A stretch of 64,000 nucleotides of DNA from an uncultured Thermoplasmatales archaeon (GTDB lineage Archaea; Thermoplasmatota; SW-10-69-26). This document shows positions 10,258 through 18,872 of the stretch, piece after piece. Under the pieces are notes generated by a model that ran no database searches, was not told the DNA's origin, and was given only the letters and a program-made list of their open reading frames with translations. The position numbers and the translations under genes were made by a program. The stretch spans positions 38,646-102,645 of the forward strand of contig CAZOQA010000001.1 in assembly GCA_964581775.1 (NCBI GenBank), read 5' to 3'. Numbering within the stretch: the first letter of the stretch is position 1; every line of letters starts with the position of its first letter.

Positions 10258-11655
10258 ATGCGCCGCCGATCCCTCGTCGTCCTCGCAGCCTTCTTCATGC
10301 TCACCGCTGGCTGCCTGGGCCTCGCGGACGGGAACGACGACCTCGACGAGCTGGACCACGAGGGCGACGGGCCCGCGGCCGTCATCGACGTGCAGGAGAC
10401 CGACGACGCGATGACGTACCGCTTCGATGCCACCCGAAGCATCGGGGATGCCCTAAGCTACCATTGGGACCTTGGAGACGGGGCCGAGAACACCGGCGAC
10501 GCCGTCATCGAGTACACCTACTCGGACGAGGACCGCATCTTCCCCGTCACGCTCACCGTCACGCAGGACGACGGCGCCATGGATCGAGCCGTCACCGTCG
10601 TCGAGATCGGCGACCCCAGCACGGAGCCCCCCGAGATCGGTCTCGACCCTGCCGTGCACTGGATCGGCATGCACAACGAGCTTCCCGTGGACCTGGTAGG
10701 CGACACCGAGGACGTGATGGTCGCCAGCGCCCTGCTCGGGGACGAGCTGCCCGACTGGTACCCGCTCGAAGACGAGCACGACGAGCAGGCCCACAACCAC
10801 AGCGAGGGAGAAGAGCACGACCACAGCTTCGATGGCCCCACCGGCGACTGGGAAGACTCCACGCTGCTCTCCCAAGGCGACGCGCACGAGATCACCTTCG
10901 AGCAAGAAGGCATCTACGTGTACCAGAGCGAACCCCACCCGTCCATGACGGGCATCATCATCGTCGCCAACACGGGCAACGCCTGGGACGAACACGCCGC
11001 CGTCACCACGCACGATACGCGCTTTTTCGCCCCCCAGGTCCTCGAGGTCCAACCCGGCACCACCGTGACGTGGACGAACGCCGCCGACACCTCCCACGAC
11101 GTCTCCCTGCAACAGTACCTCCCCGTCGACAGCTTCCACATGCCCCTGGGCCCCGCCGTCGCCGTCGACTTCGACGGGCCCGGCGTGCACACTGTGGCCG
11201 CCATCTCGCAAGACGAGACCGGGAACCCCGCCATCGACCACGGGCCCATCCTCGTCACCGAGCAAGAGCCCCAACGCGGCGCCGACATCGTCGGATCCGG
11301 CACGTTCGACACGCCCGACGAGGACCCCGACGAGTACACGCTCCAGCTCGACCACGACGGCGAGGTGCAGATCACGTGGACCTGGGAGACCACGCTCGAA
11401 GAGAGCCTTCACGAGGACCCCCTCGAAGGCGTCCGCTTCGACGGGTTCGCCGGAGACCCCGGTGACGGGGAGACCCTGTTCTCCACCTCGGACACGGACT
11501 TCGGCACACAGCTCTCGCTGGACCCCGGCACGTACACGTTCGTGGTCACGAACGAAGACGCCTTCTTGGCCGAGTACAGCTTCCACGTCCACGCGCACGT
11601 CGACGCCACGCCCCCTTGGATCGAGGACGACGGCCACGACGATCACGAGCACTGA
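10258..11655 (+). CDS. Tat-type lipoprotein with PKD domain(s), cupredoxin-like segments and His-rich stretches
   Basis: MRRR...LTAGC; PKD motif YHWDLGDG; YVYQSEPHPSMTG and FAPQVLEVQPGTTVTWTN..H segments. Confidence 0.8.
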   Translation: MRRRSLVVLAAFFMLTAGCLGLADGNDDLDELDHEGDGPAAVIDVQETDDAMTYRFDATRSIGDALSYHWDLGDGAENTGDAVIEYTYSDEDRIFPVTLTVTQDDGAMDRAVTVVEIGDPSTEPPEIGLDPAVHWIGMHNELPVDLVGDTEDVMVASALLGDELPDWYPLEDEHDEQAHNHSEGEEHDHSFDGPTGDWEDSTLLSQGDAHEITFEQEGIYVYQSEPHPSMTGIIIVANTGNAWDEHAAVTTHDTRFFAPQVLEVQPGTTVTWTNAADTSHDVSLQQYLPVDSFHMPLGPAVAVDFDGPGVHTVAAISQDETGNPAIDHGPILVTEQEPQRGADIVGSGTFDTPDEDPDEYTLQLDHDGEVQITWTWETTLEESLHEDPLEGVRFDGFAGDPGDGETLFSTSDTDFGTQLSLDPGTYTFVVTNEDAFLAEYSFHVHAHVDATPPWIEDDGHDDHEH

Positions 11656-11715
11656 CGCGCCCCGAAAGCCCCGCCTGGACAACCCTCAAGCCAGGCCCCG
11701 AGCCTCCCGGGACCC

Positions 11716-12474
11716 ATGCCCGCGGACGTCGACATCGTCGTCGAGGAAGAACACGACATCCACAACGCGCTCGTCATCGTCGGCATGCCCACGCTGGGCG
11801 TGGTCGGGACCATCGCCTCCCAATACCTCGTCGACCAGCTCCAGATGCCAGAGGTCGGAGGCATCTACTCACCCCGGTTCCCTCCCGTGGGCCGCATCCA
11901 GCAAGGACGAAGCGGGTTCCCCGTGCGTCTGCACGCGCTCGAGACCCGCTGCGGGCTGGACTTAACGTGCGAGCACCTAGCCGTGGCCGTCACCGAGTTC
12001 CTTCCCAGCCCCCAAAGCATGTACGCGCTGGCCGAGGCCTTGGCAGCCTGGGCCAACGAAACGGACGCGGCCGGCGTCGTGATCCCCGACGGGTTGCTGG
12101 TCCGAGCAAGCGAAGGCGCGGTGCACGGCGTGGCCGCCACCGAGAAGGCCCGATCGGCCCTGGAGAAGGCCGAGGTCGAGATGCTCGACGAGGGCGTCGT
12201 GGCCGGGTTCTCGGCCGCCATGATCGCCAACGGGCGCCGTCGCAATGTGGACGCGTTCTCGATCCTGGCCGAGTCCGCACACGAGCACCCGGATTCGCGA
12301 GCCGCCGCCCGCCTGGTCCAGGTGCTGGACGCGTTCGTTCCCGAGATCGACATCGAGACCAAGCCTCTGCTGGAGGAAGCGCAGCGGATCGAGGAGCGAG
12401 CCCAATCCATCCGCCGGGAGATCGAGCAGCGCTCCGAGCGCGCCGATGCCCCCTTCGATCAGATGTACACCTGA
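11716..12474 (+). CDS. PAC2 family proteasome assembly chaperone/activator (PbaA/PbaB-like)
   Basis: GMPTLGVVGTIASQYL, PDSRAAA, and a C-terminal HbYX motif (-MYT). Confidence 0.9.
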   Translation: MPADVDIVVEEEHDIHNALVIVGMPTLGVVGTIASQYLVDQLQMPEVGGIYSPRFPPVGRIQQGRSGFPVRLHALETRCGLDLTCEHLAVAVTEFLPSPQSMYALAEALAAWANETDAAGVVIPDGLLVRASEGAVHGVAATEKARSALEKAEVEMLDEGVVAGFSAAMIANGRRRNVDAFSILAESAHEHPDSRAAARLVQVLDAFVPEIDIETKPLLEEAQRIEERAQSIRREIEQRSERADAPFDQMYT

Positions 12475-12530
12475 CGCCGCCACGGCCGATAGCCGCAAGG
12501 TTTTACGAGGTCAGACCTTCCCCCGCCACG

Positions 12531-13442
12531 ATGACGAGCCCCGCAAGGGACATCCCTGGAGCCGGGCTCCCTCTGGAGGGGACGGAAACCTCTCAGACCC
12601 CGGGACTGGTCCAGGAGGGGACCCCCCACGAGGACCCACCCCCCGAGGGAGAGGTGCGCATCCGGCTGCTCACGGACCCCTGGAGCGTATGGTGCTGGGG
12701 CTTCGAGCCGGTCAGGCGGGCCCTCGAGCACCGGTACCCATCGATCACGTTCCAGTTCCTTTTGGGCGGGATGTTCGAGCGGCTCCCCGACCCAGGGCGA
12801 GCCGGGTTCGACATGGATCGGTTCTTCGGCACGGTCCACCGCGCCACGGGCATGCCGGTGAGCACGGACGCGCTTCGAGGCAGCCCGCCCTCGTCCACGT
12901 TCCCGGCGTGCATCCACCTGCACGCGGTGCGCCTGATCGACCGCTCGAAGGCAGGGCTCGCGCTGCGAAAACTGAGGGAGGCCGCTTACTTGGACGGCCG
13001 TAACATCTCCCAAACCTCCGTGGGCGCGGACGCGGTCGAGGACGCCGGCGTCGACCGGGAGACGTTCCTGGAAGCCTTGGAAAGCGGGGAACCCGAGCGA
13101 GAGTTCCGTCACCGGCTGACCAAGCTCCAGCAGCAGGGCCTGACCGCGTACCCGACGTTGCTCGTGGAGGGCGAGCAGGGGCAAACGACGGTGCACGGGT
13201 TCCAGTCGCTGCCGCAGGTGCTGGGCGTGGCCGAGGAGGTCAGCGGTCGCGTTCACCCGTCCATGCCCCCTCCCTCGTTGGACGATCTGCTCTCCCAGGG
13301 GGAACGGTGGACCACGCGCGAGGTCGCTGAAGGGCTCGACGTGAAGGTCGAGCAAGCCTTCGAGGAGCTCGAGGAGGCCCGCGAGGACGGCCGGGTCGAG
13401 CGCGAGCCGTACCCGACCGGGGACGCGTGGCGAGTGGCCTAA
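12531..13442 (+). CDS. DsbA/YjbH(SpxH)-like thioredoxin-fold protein with C-terminal wHTH-like segment
   Basis: TDPWSVWCWGFEP (SxxC), cis-Pro motif AYPTL, C-terminal WTTREVAEGL; ATG at 12531. Confidence 0.8.
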   Translation: MTSPARDIPGAGLPLEGTETSQTPGLVQEGTPHEDPPPEGEVRIRLLTDPWSVWCWGFEPVRRALEHRYPSITFQFLLGGMFERLPDPGRAGFDMDRFFGTVHRATGMPVSTDALRGSPPSSTFPACIHLHAVRLIDRSKAGLALRKLREAAYLDGRNISQTSVGADAVEDAGVDRETFLEALESGEPEREFRHRLTKLQQQGLTAYPTLLVEGEQGQTTVHGFQSLPQVLGVAEEVSGRVHPSMPPPSLDDLLSQGERWTTREVAEGLDVKVEQAFEELEEAREDGRVEREPYPTGDAWRVA

Positions 13443-13445
13443 GGA

Positions 13446-14189
13446 CTAGCGCTCTTGCTGGTCCACGTCCACGCCCGGAAGCTCGCCCTCGATCGTGACG
13501 CTCTCGATCATCACGTCGTCCTCAGGGATGTCGCCGCAGCCCCCTCGGCCCGAGCCGGGAGGGTATCCTTGCGCCGTGCAGTCCGTCTCGACGCCCCCGA
13601 TCTCCTCGACGACGCTCATGCCCTCCGTGACGTTCCCGAAGACCGTGTGGTACCCGGTGAGGCGATCTTGTTCGCTCAGCGTGATGAAGAACTGGCTCCC
13701 GCCCGTGGCGGGCTGGCCTACGTTGGCCATCGCGAGCACACCCGCCTCGTCGAGGCGGGCCTCCTCGTGGAAGCCCCCGTTCGCGTCGCACTGATCCGCA
13801 GGCGAGCCGTACCCGCCGGGGTGCTCCTCTACGATGGTGCCGTCCTGGCAGGCGAACTCGTCCGGGATCGTGTACCCGGGCCCTCCTTGCCCCCAGCGGT
13901 CCTTCTGCGCCTCGTCCTGGGTGAGCGGGTCCCCGCCTTGGATCATGAAACCCTCGATGACGCGGTGGAACCGTTGCCCGTCGTAGTACCCCTCCTCGGC
14001 GAGGTCTCCGAAGTTCTGCACGGTCTGGGGGGCCAAGTCGCTGTACAGTTCAAGCTCGATGGTCCCGTTGCTGGTCTCGAGGATCGCGGTGGGTCTCTCG
14101 GTCATGCCGTCGTCGCCTCCGTTCCCTGCGCACCCGGCAAGAGCGACGAGGCCGGCTGCGAGGACGATGGCCAAGCGCGCGGGCTTCAT
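13446..14189 (-). CDS. Lipoprotein cyclophilin-type peptidyl-prolyl isomerase
   Basis: LAGC lipobox; FHRVIEGFMIQGGDP, AMAN, GSQFFIT, HTVFG. Confidence 0.93.
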   Translation of the reverse strand: MKPARLAIVLAAGLVALAGCAGNGGDDGMTERPTAILETSNGTIELELYSDLAPQTVQNFGDLAEEGYYDGQRFHRVIEGFMIQGGDPLTQDEAQKDRWGQGGPGYTIPDEFACQDGTIVEEHPGGYGSPADQCDANGGFHEEARLDEAGVLAMANVGQPATGGSQFFITLSEQDRLTGYHTVFGNVTEGMSVVEEIGGVETDCTAQGYPPGSGRGGCGDIPEDDVMIESVTIEGELPGVDVDQQER

Positions 14190-14399
14190 CACGCGTCCAA
14201 GCGTGTACATGCCTTAAGCGTGCCTGTTCCCGTCCCCGGGTGTGCGTCGAGGCGTTCCTGGACGTGCGAGGGGAGGAGGACCAGGCCGACGGGAGGGGCA
14301 AGGAACTAGAGCATCAGATCCCCACGCACGGAGATGGTGGGGGCTCGGTCACGATGACGGGCCTCCTTCGTCGTCCACGGGGAGCGCGCTTACTAGACT

Positions 14400-15773
14400 T
14401 CACAGGGACTCGGCGAGGCGGTCGAGGGCATGCCCCATGGCGCGGGCACCGTCGTGGAAGTGGCTGATGCGGAAGAACTCGTCGGGCGCGTGCAGGCGCT
14501 CGTCGCGCATCCCGTACCCCATCAGGGCGACGGGGGCCAGGCGCTGGAGGGTGGGAACGACAGGGATCGAGGCGCCGTTCCGGATGAACACGGTCTCGCC
14601 GCCGAAGGCGTCCTCGAGCGCGCTGGCGGCGGTCTCGATCACGTCGTTTCGGGGGTCCACGTACCAGGGTTCGTTGGTTTGGAGCACGCGCGCGTCGATG
14701 CTGACGGAGGGGGGCGTGTGCTCTTCTAGGTGCGAGGCGATCTTGTCGCCGATGTCTTGGGCGTCTTGCTGGGCCACGATGCGGCAGCTTAATTTGACGG
14801 TGGCCGATTGGGGGAGGATTGTCTTGAACCCGTCCCCGGCGTACCCGCTGGTGATGCCGTTGATCTCGAGCGAGGGGCGGGCCCACATGCGTTCAAGCGG
14901 CCCGTACCCGGTTTCGCCGTCGAGGGCGGGCGCGCCGGTCTCTTCGAGGAACGCGTCGTCGTCGAAGGGGACTTGGTCCATGAGCTCGCGCTGGGTCTCG
15001 TCCAGCTCGAGGACGTCGTCGTAGAACCCGTCCACGGCGACGCGCAGCTCGTCGTCTTTGAGGGAGGCGAGCGCGCGCACGAGGGCTTCGGCGGGGTTGA
15101 GGATGGCGCCGCCGAACTGGCCGCTGTGCAGGTCCCGGTCGGGGCCTTGGAGCGTGGCTTCGAGCGTGACGATGCCGCGAAGACCGTGGACGATGGCGGG
15201 GTGGTCCTCGTCCCAGAGGTGCGTATCGGAGACGAGGACGGCGTCCGAGGAGAGCTCTTTTTGGTTGACTTCGATGTAGGCGGGCAGCGTGTCTCCGCCG
15301 GTCTCTTCTTCGCCTTCGATGAGGAAGCGGACGTTGACGGGGAGGGTTTGGGCTTCGATGTGGGCTTTGACGCCTTGGAGGTTCGCCAGGAGTTGGCCTT
15401 TGTTGTCGGTGGCTCCGCGGGCTCGAAGGATCCGTCCCTTCTCGGTGTCGTCGACGGTGGGTTCGAAGGGGGGCGTGGTCCAGGCGTCTTCCTCGCCGGG
15501 GGGTTGCACGTCGTAGTGCCCGTAGATGGTGACGGTGGGCGCGTGCTCGTCGACCTCGTAGAGCGCGTCCAGGACGGGCAGGCCCTCGCCTTTGTCGACC
15601 AGGCGCGAGTCGAACCCGAGCCCCTCGAGCGTGTCTTGGAGCCAGGCGGCGGCCTCGTGGCAGTCATCCTCGTAGCGGGGGTCCGTGCTCACGCTGGGGA
15701 TGCGCAGGAAGGCTTTCAGCTGCTCCAGCGCCGGTTTCTCGTGCTCGTCCAGGTAGGCCTGCCAGTCCGTCAT
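14400..15773 (-). CDS. M20 family dipeptidase (CNDP/Dug1-like)
   Basis: YGHYDVQP, RGATDNKG, EGEEE, DLHSG, HAPDE. Confidence 0.93.
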   Translation of the reverse strand: MTDWQAYLDEHEKPALEQLKAFLRIPSVSTDPRYEDDCHEAAAWLQDTLEGLGFDSRLVDKGEGLPVLDALYEVDEHAPTVTIYGHYDVQPPGEEDAWTTPPFEPTVDDTEKGRILRARGATDNKGQLLANLQGVKAHIEAQTLPVNVRFLIEGEEETGGDTLPAYIEVNQKELSSDAVLVSDTHLWDEDHPAIVHGLRGIVTLEATLQGPDRDLHSGQFGGAILNPAEALVRALASLKDDELRVAVDGFYDDVLELDETQRELMDQVPFDDDAFLEETGAPALDGETGYGPLERMWARPSLEINGITSGYAGDGFKTILPQSATVKLSCRIVAQQDAQDIGDKIASHLEEHTPPSVSIDARVLQTNEPWYVDPRNDVIETAASALEDAFGGETVFIRNGASIPVVPTLQRLAPVALMGYGMRDERLHAPDEFFRISHFHDGARAMGHALDRLAESL

Positions 15774-15851
15774 CGTACCTTGGAACGCGAGCGCGCCCTT
15801 GAAACCTGACCCCGGCTAGCGCGGGCCCCGGCGCCTGGGAGGGAGGTCTGT

Positions 15852-16157
15852 TCATTCTTCGAAGACCTGGTCGAGCACGCTCGCGTTCTCGGCGTCGTAG
15901 GGGTCGGTGATGCGGAACACGAGCGAGCCTTCCTCGACGGGGTCCTCGACGGGCATGTCCACGTCGTCCCCGGGTTCGGCTTTCTGGGTCGGACCTTGGG
16001 GCATCTGGAGGGCCTCGACGCTTGTCTCTCGCTGGATCCCGGGACCCTCGATGTGGATGGTGTCCCCGATGGAGAGGGGGCCGTTCTCGAGGTGGATCCG
16101 GGCAGCGTTGGAGTCTTGGCGGTACGAGACGACTCGTCCGATGCGTTTCACAGGCAT
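15852..16157 (-). CDS. Small beta-barrel protein (EF-Tu domain II/U32 C-terminal-like)
   Basis: IGRVVSY...LSIGDTIHIEG...V..LQ...AEPGDDV...V..G..VF pattern. Confidence 0.7.
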   Translation of the reverse strand: MPVKRIGRVVSYRQDSNAARIHLENGPLSIGDTIHIEGPGIQRETSVEALQMPQGPTQKAEPGDDVDMPVEDPVEEGSLVFRITDPYDAENASVLDQVFEE

Positions 16158-16234
16158 ACTATGCTAGGTTCTAGCATGCCTCGTTTATGGACCTTACCGC
16201 CGAGCCGGGACCCCCTTGTAATCCCTTTTAGCTC

Positions 16235-16723
16235 CTAGGTCGGTAGCTCAAGGCGCGTGAGCTCGTCTTCGTCCGCATCGTAGACGCACACGCTGGGCGT
16301 GGAGGCTCGGTGCACGGCGCCGGGGTTGATCACGCGCGTGTCTCCGACGGTCTCGTCGCGGAAGGCGTGCGTGTGACCGTGCACGACGAGATCGAACGCT
16401 CCGCTGTTGATCATGCCCTCCAGGCGAGCCTTGTCGTCCCCGTGGACGAGACCGATGGTGACCTCGTCCATCTCGACCTCGTGCTTGATATCGTACAAGA
16501 CGTCGGCGTCGTGCTCCTCGATCGCGTCCCGGATCGATCGGGGCCGGTCCATGTTCCCCTGGGCCAGCCACGTCCAGTACCTCTCGAACAGGGGCACCAT
16601 CTCGCCGCTGGCCAGGTCCCCCGCGTGCAGGAGCGCGCGCGGTGCGTGCTCGTCGAGCATCTTGAGAGCATCGCGCGTACGGGCCTTGTCGTCGTGCGTG
16701 TCCGAGATCAGGCCCACGAGCAT
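16235..16723 (-). CDS. YfcE/MJ0936 family metallophosphoesterase
   Basis: SDTH, HAGD, GNMD, HG, GHTH, NPGA. Confidence 0.92.
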   Translation of the reverse strand: MLVGLISDTHDDKARTRDALKMLDEHAPRALLHAGDLASGEMVPLFERYWTWLAQGNMDRPRSIRDAIEEHDADVLYDIKHEVEMDEVTIGLVHGDDKARLEGMINSGAFDLVVHGHTHAFRDETVGDTRVINPGAVHRASTPSVCVYDADEDELTRLELPT

Positions 16724-16846
16724 GCGGGCTCTCATCCGGGGTGGGATTCGTAAACCTGCCGGGTCGCGTTGGTTGAGAAGGGAGAAGGGGGAAGACGGGC
16801 CCGCGGGGGCGGGCCGCGTGGGGGGGATGGGTCGAGAGCGCGGGGC

Positions 16847-17836
16847 TTACTCTTCCTCTTCTTCCGTGATGGAAGCCACGAGCGCGCCCTTCGCGTTGCT
16901 GGTGAGCGGGTTCTGGGCGCGTCGCACGGTGGAGATGTCGAAGGGCAGATCCGCCTCGCGCAGCTTGTCCTTGAAGTGCTGGCTGAAGCCCTTCGGGCTG
17001 CTGGTACCGCCGGCGAGGACCACGGGGAGGTCAAGGTCTTCCTCGAGGTCCGCTTCCACGATCTGGTCCGCGATGTGATCGATGACGTACTCCATGTGCG
17101 CGTCGTGGTAAATCGCGAGCGCGCCTTGGATGTCGCCGGTCGCGGTCTCGAAGTCCATCGCGAAGTCCTCTTCCTTGACGCGCGTGATGCGGTCGACCGG
17201 CTCGCCGGTGCTGTTGGCGGCTTGCTTGTCGATCCAGTCCCCACCGCGCGCCACGCTGAACTGCAGCACGGGCACCGCGTAGTAGGACAGGCACACGTTC
17301 GTCATACCGGCCCCGAAGGAGATGCCGAGCCCGGTGAAGTTGTTGTCGGACAGCTCGCTGTAGATCGTCGCCATGCCCTCGTTGAGGGGGTGCGCGTTGT
17401 ACCCGGCTTCCTCGACGAGCGCCTGCACCGTCTTCTGGTGGTACAGGGTGTCCAGGTCGGAGTCCACGGGGTTGGCGGGGCACACGAAGTACGCGTGCTC
17501 GTCACCCTCGTCGTCGGGCTCCCCGAGGACCCTCTCCACCATCATGCGGATCATGGGGATGGCCCACTTCTCCTTGCGGGAGAGGATCCCTTCGCTCATG
17601 GGGCGCCGGGTCTCCTTGTTGAAGATGTTCGCGAAGTTCAGGGCGTCTTCTCCGACGATGAAAACGCGCTCGCCTTTGCGGATGTACAATACATCGCTCC
17701 GGGAGAGCATCTTCTCGGCGATGTCGGAGTAGTCGATCTCGACGAACGAGTTCCGTTGGCGCTTGAGCACCGTCTGGTCCCCGCTTCGTCGGGCGGACTG
17801 GATATTCATGGTTCCAACGTCGAGTCCTCGTGCCAC
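16847..17836 (-). CDS. Actin-like ATPase, volactin-like
   Basis: Phosphate-1 GLDVGTMN, NEGMA, phosphate-2 ISFGAGMTN, adenosine LAGGTS; close resemblance to haloarchaeal volactin from memory; GTG start after GGTGAT. Confidence 0.85.
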   Translation of the reverse strand: MARGLDVGTMNIQSARRSGDQTVLKRQRNSFVEIDYSDIAEKMLSRSDVLYIRKGERVFIVGEDALNFANIFNKETRRPMSEGILSRKEKWAIPMIRMMVERVLGEPDDEGDEHAYFVCPANPVDSDLDTLYHQKTVQALVEEAGYNAHPLNEGMATIYSELSDNNFTGLGISFGAGMTNVCLSYYAVPVLQFSVARGGDWIDKQAANSTGEPVDRITRVKEEDFAMDFETATGDIQGALAIYHDAHMEYVIDHIADQIVEADLEEDLDLPVVLAGGTSSPKGFSQHFKDKLREADLPFDISTVRRAQNPLTSNAKGALVASITEEEEE

Positions 17837-18002
17837 GTGTATCACCACACCTGCCACCGGGCCCGTAACGTACCGAATCGAGGGCGGCGGTGGCGGACGT
17901 GCCCCGTGGCTCTCCTGTTCCTACAGTTAAACGGTGGGGATAGTCCCGTCCCGGGAGCTAACCCAACGGTCAAATAGTCCGGGTTGGGAGACGTGTGACT
18001 CG

Positions 18003-18872
18003 ATGCCGCGAGGAGATGCCCCGCTCGTCCGACGATGGTTCGAAAGCCTCAACCCAGAAGCCTCCGACGAGCGGATGGCCCTTGCGTTCGCCACGCTCAT
18101 GGGAGGAGCCGTGCTCGCGATCGCGGGCGTCGTGCTCGTTACGCTGAGCGATATCGCGCTCGCCCGGCCGTCCTGGCTGCGCGGGCTCGGGTTTGGATCC
18201 GCCGCCGCCGGGCTCCCGATCTTCCTGACGGGGATCGTGCTCGGGATGCCCTCGAAGTGGTGGGAGCGCGCGCTCGTCGCGTTCGGGTTCGCGTCCACGA
18301 TGATCGCAGTGGGCATCTTCGCCTACTTGTACCCTGACCAATGGCACGTGACCGTTCACACGCCCAACGGGTACGCCATCGGTCTGTACCTGATGGGGGT
18401 CACGAGCATCAGCGCAGGCACGGCCGGGTGTCTTGGTACGTACCTGACCGAGAAGATGCAGGTCGCCGCCCAGCAAGCCGACCAGCGGCGCAAGCGCTCC
18501 TACTCCGACGAGGAGATTCGAAGCGACATCCGCTGGGCCGAGGAGCAAGGCTGGACGTGGGGAGGCGTCCGCGAGGACAAGGTCGACGTGGAGCTCAAGC
18601 TCAAAGAAGACATCGAGCCCCTCGAGATCCAGGGCAACTTCGGCACCAAGATGCTCGAGGAGCACGAGACGCAGGAGGAAGCCGTGCAAGCGGCGCACTC
18701 GCTGACGAACCTGCGCGGCGTGCAACCCACGCGCACCGACAGCGACGATCTGGCCTCCCAGGTCGGTGACCTGAAAGCCCTCCGCGAGAAGAAGCGCCGC
18801 CAGCAGGAGCTCCAGCGACAAACCTGGGGCTGGCGCCTGCGGCATCCCATCCAGTGGCTGCGCGGCGACTAG
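18003..18872 (+). CDS. Four-TM membrane protein with charged C-terminal tail, CdpA/DUF7139-like
   Basis: Four hydrophobic helices with GLP...MP and YPDQW motifs, followed by a charged coiled tail ending WRLRHPIQWLRGD. Confidence 0.6.
   Translation: MPRGDAPLVRRWFESLNPEASDERMALAFATLMGGAVLAIAGVVLVTLSDIALARPSWLRGLGFGSAAAGLPIFLTGIVLGMPSKWWERALVAFGFASTMIAVGIFAYLYPDQWHVTVHTPNGYAIGLYLMGVTSISAGTAGCLGTYLTEKMQVAAQQADQRRKRSYSDEEIRSDIRWAEEQGWTWGGVREDKVDVELKLKEDIEPLEIQGNFGTKMLEEHETQEEAVQAAHSLTNLRGVQPTRTDSDDLASQVGDLKALREKKRRQQELQRQTWGWRLRHPIQWLRGD

Noticed and set aside
8937..11465. 842-aa ORF, and similar long Arg/Gly/Pro-rich ORFs such as 56030-58171, 45916-47808 and 2934-4412
   Set aside because: Shadow frames of real genes in high-GC DNA, with no recognisable motifs
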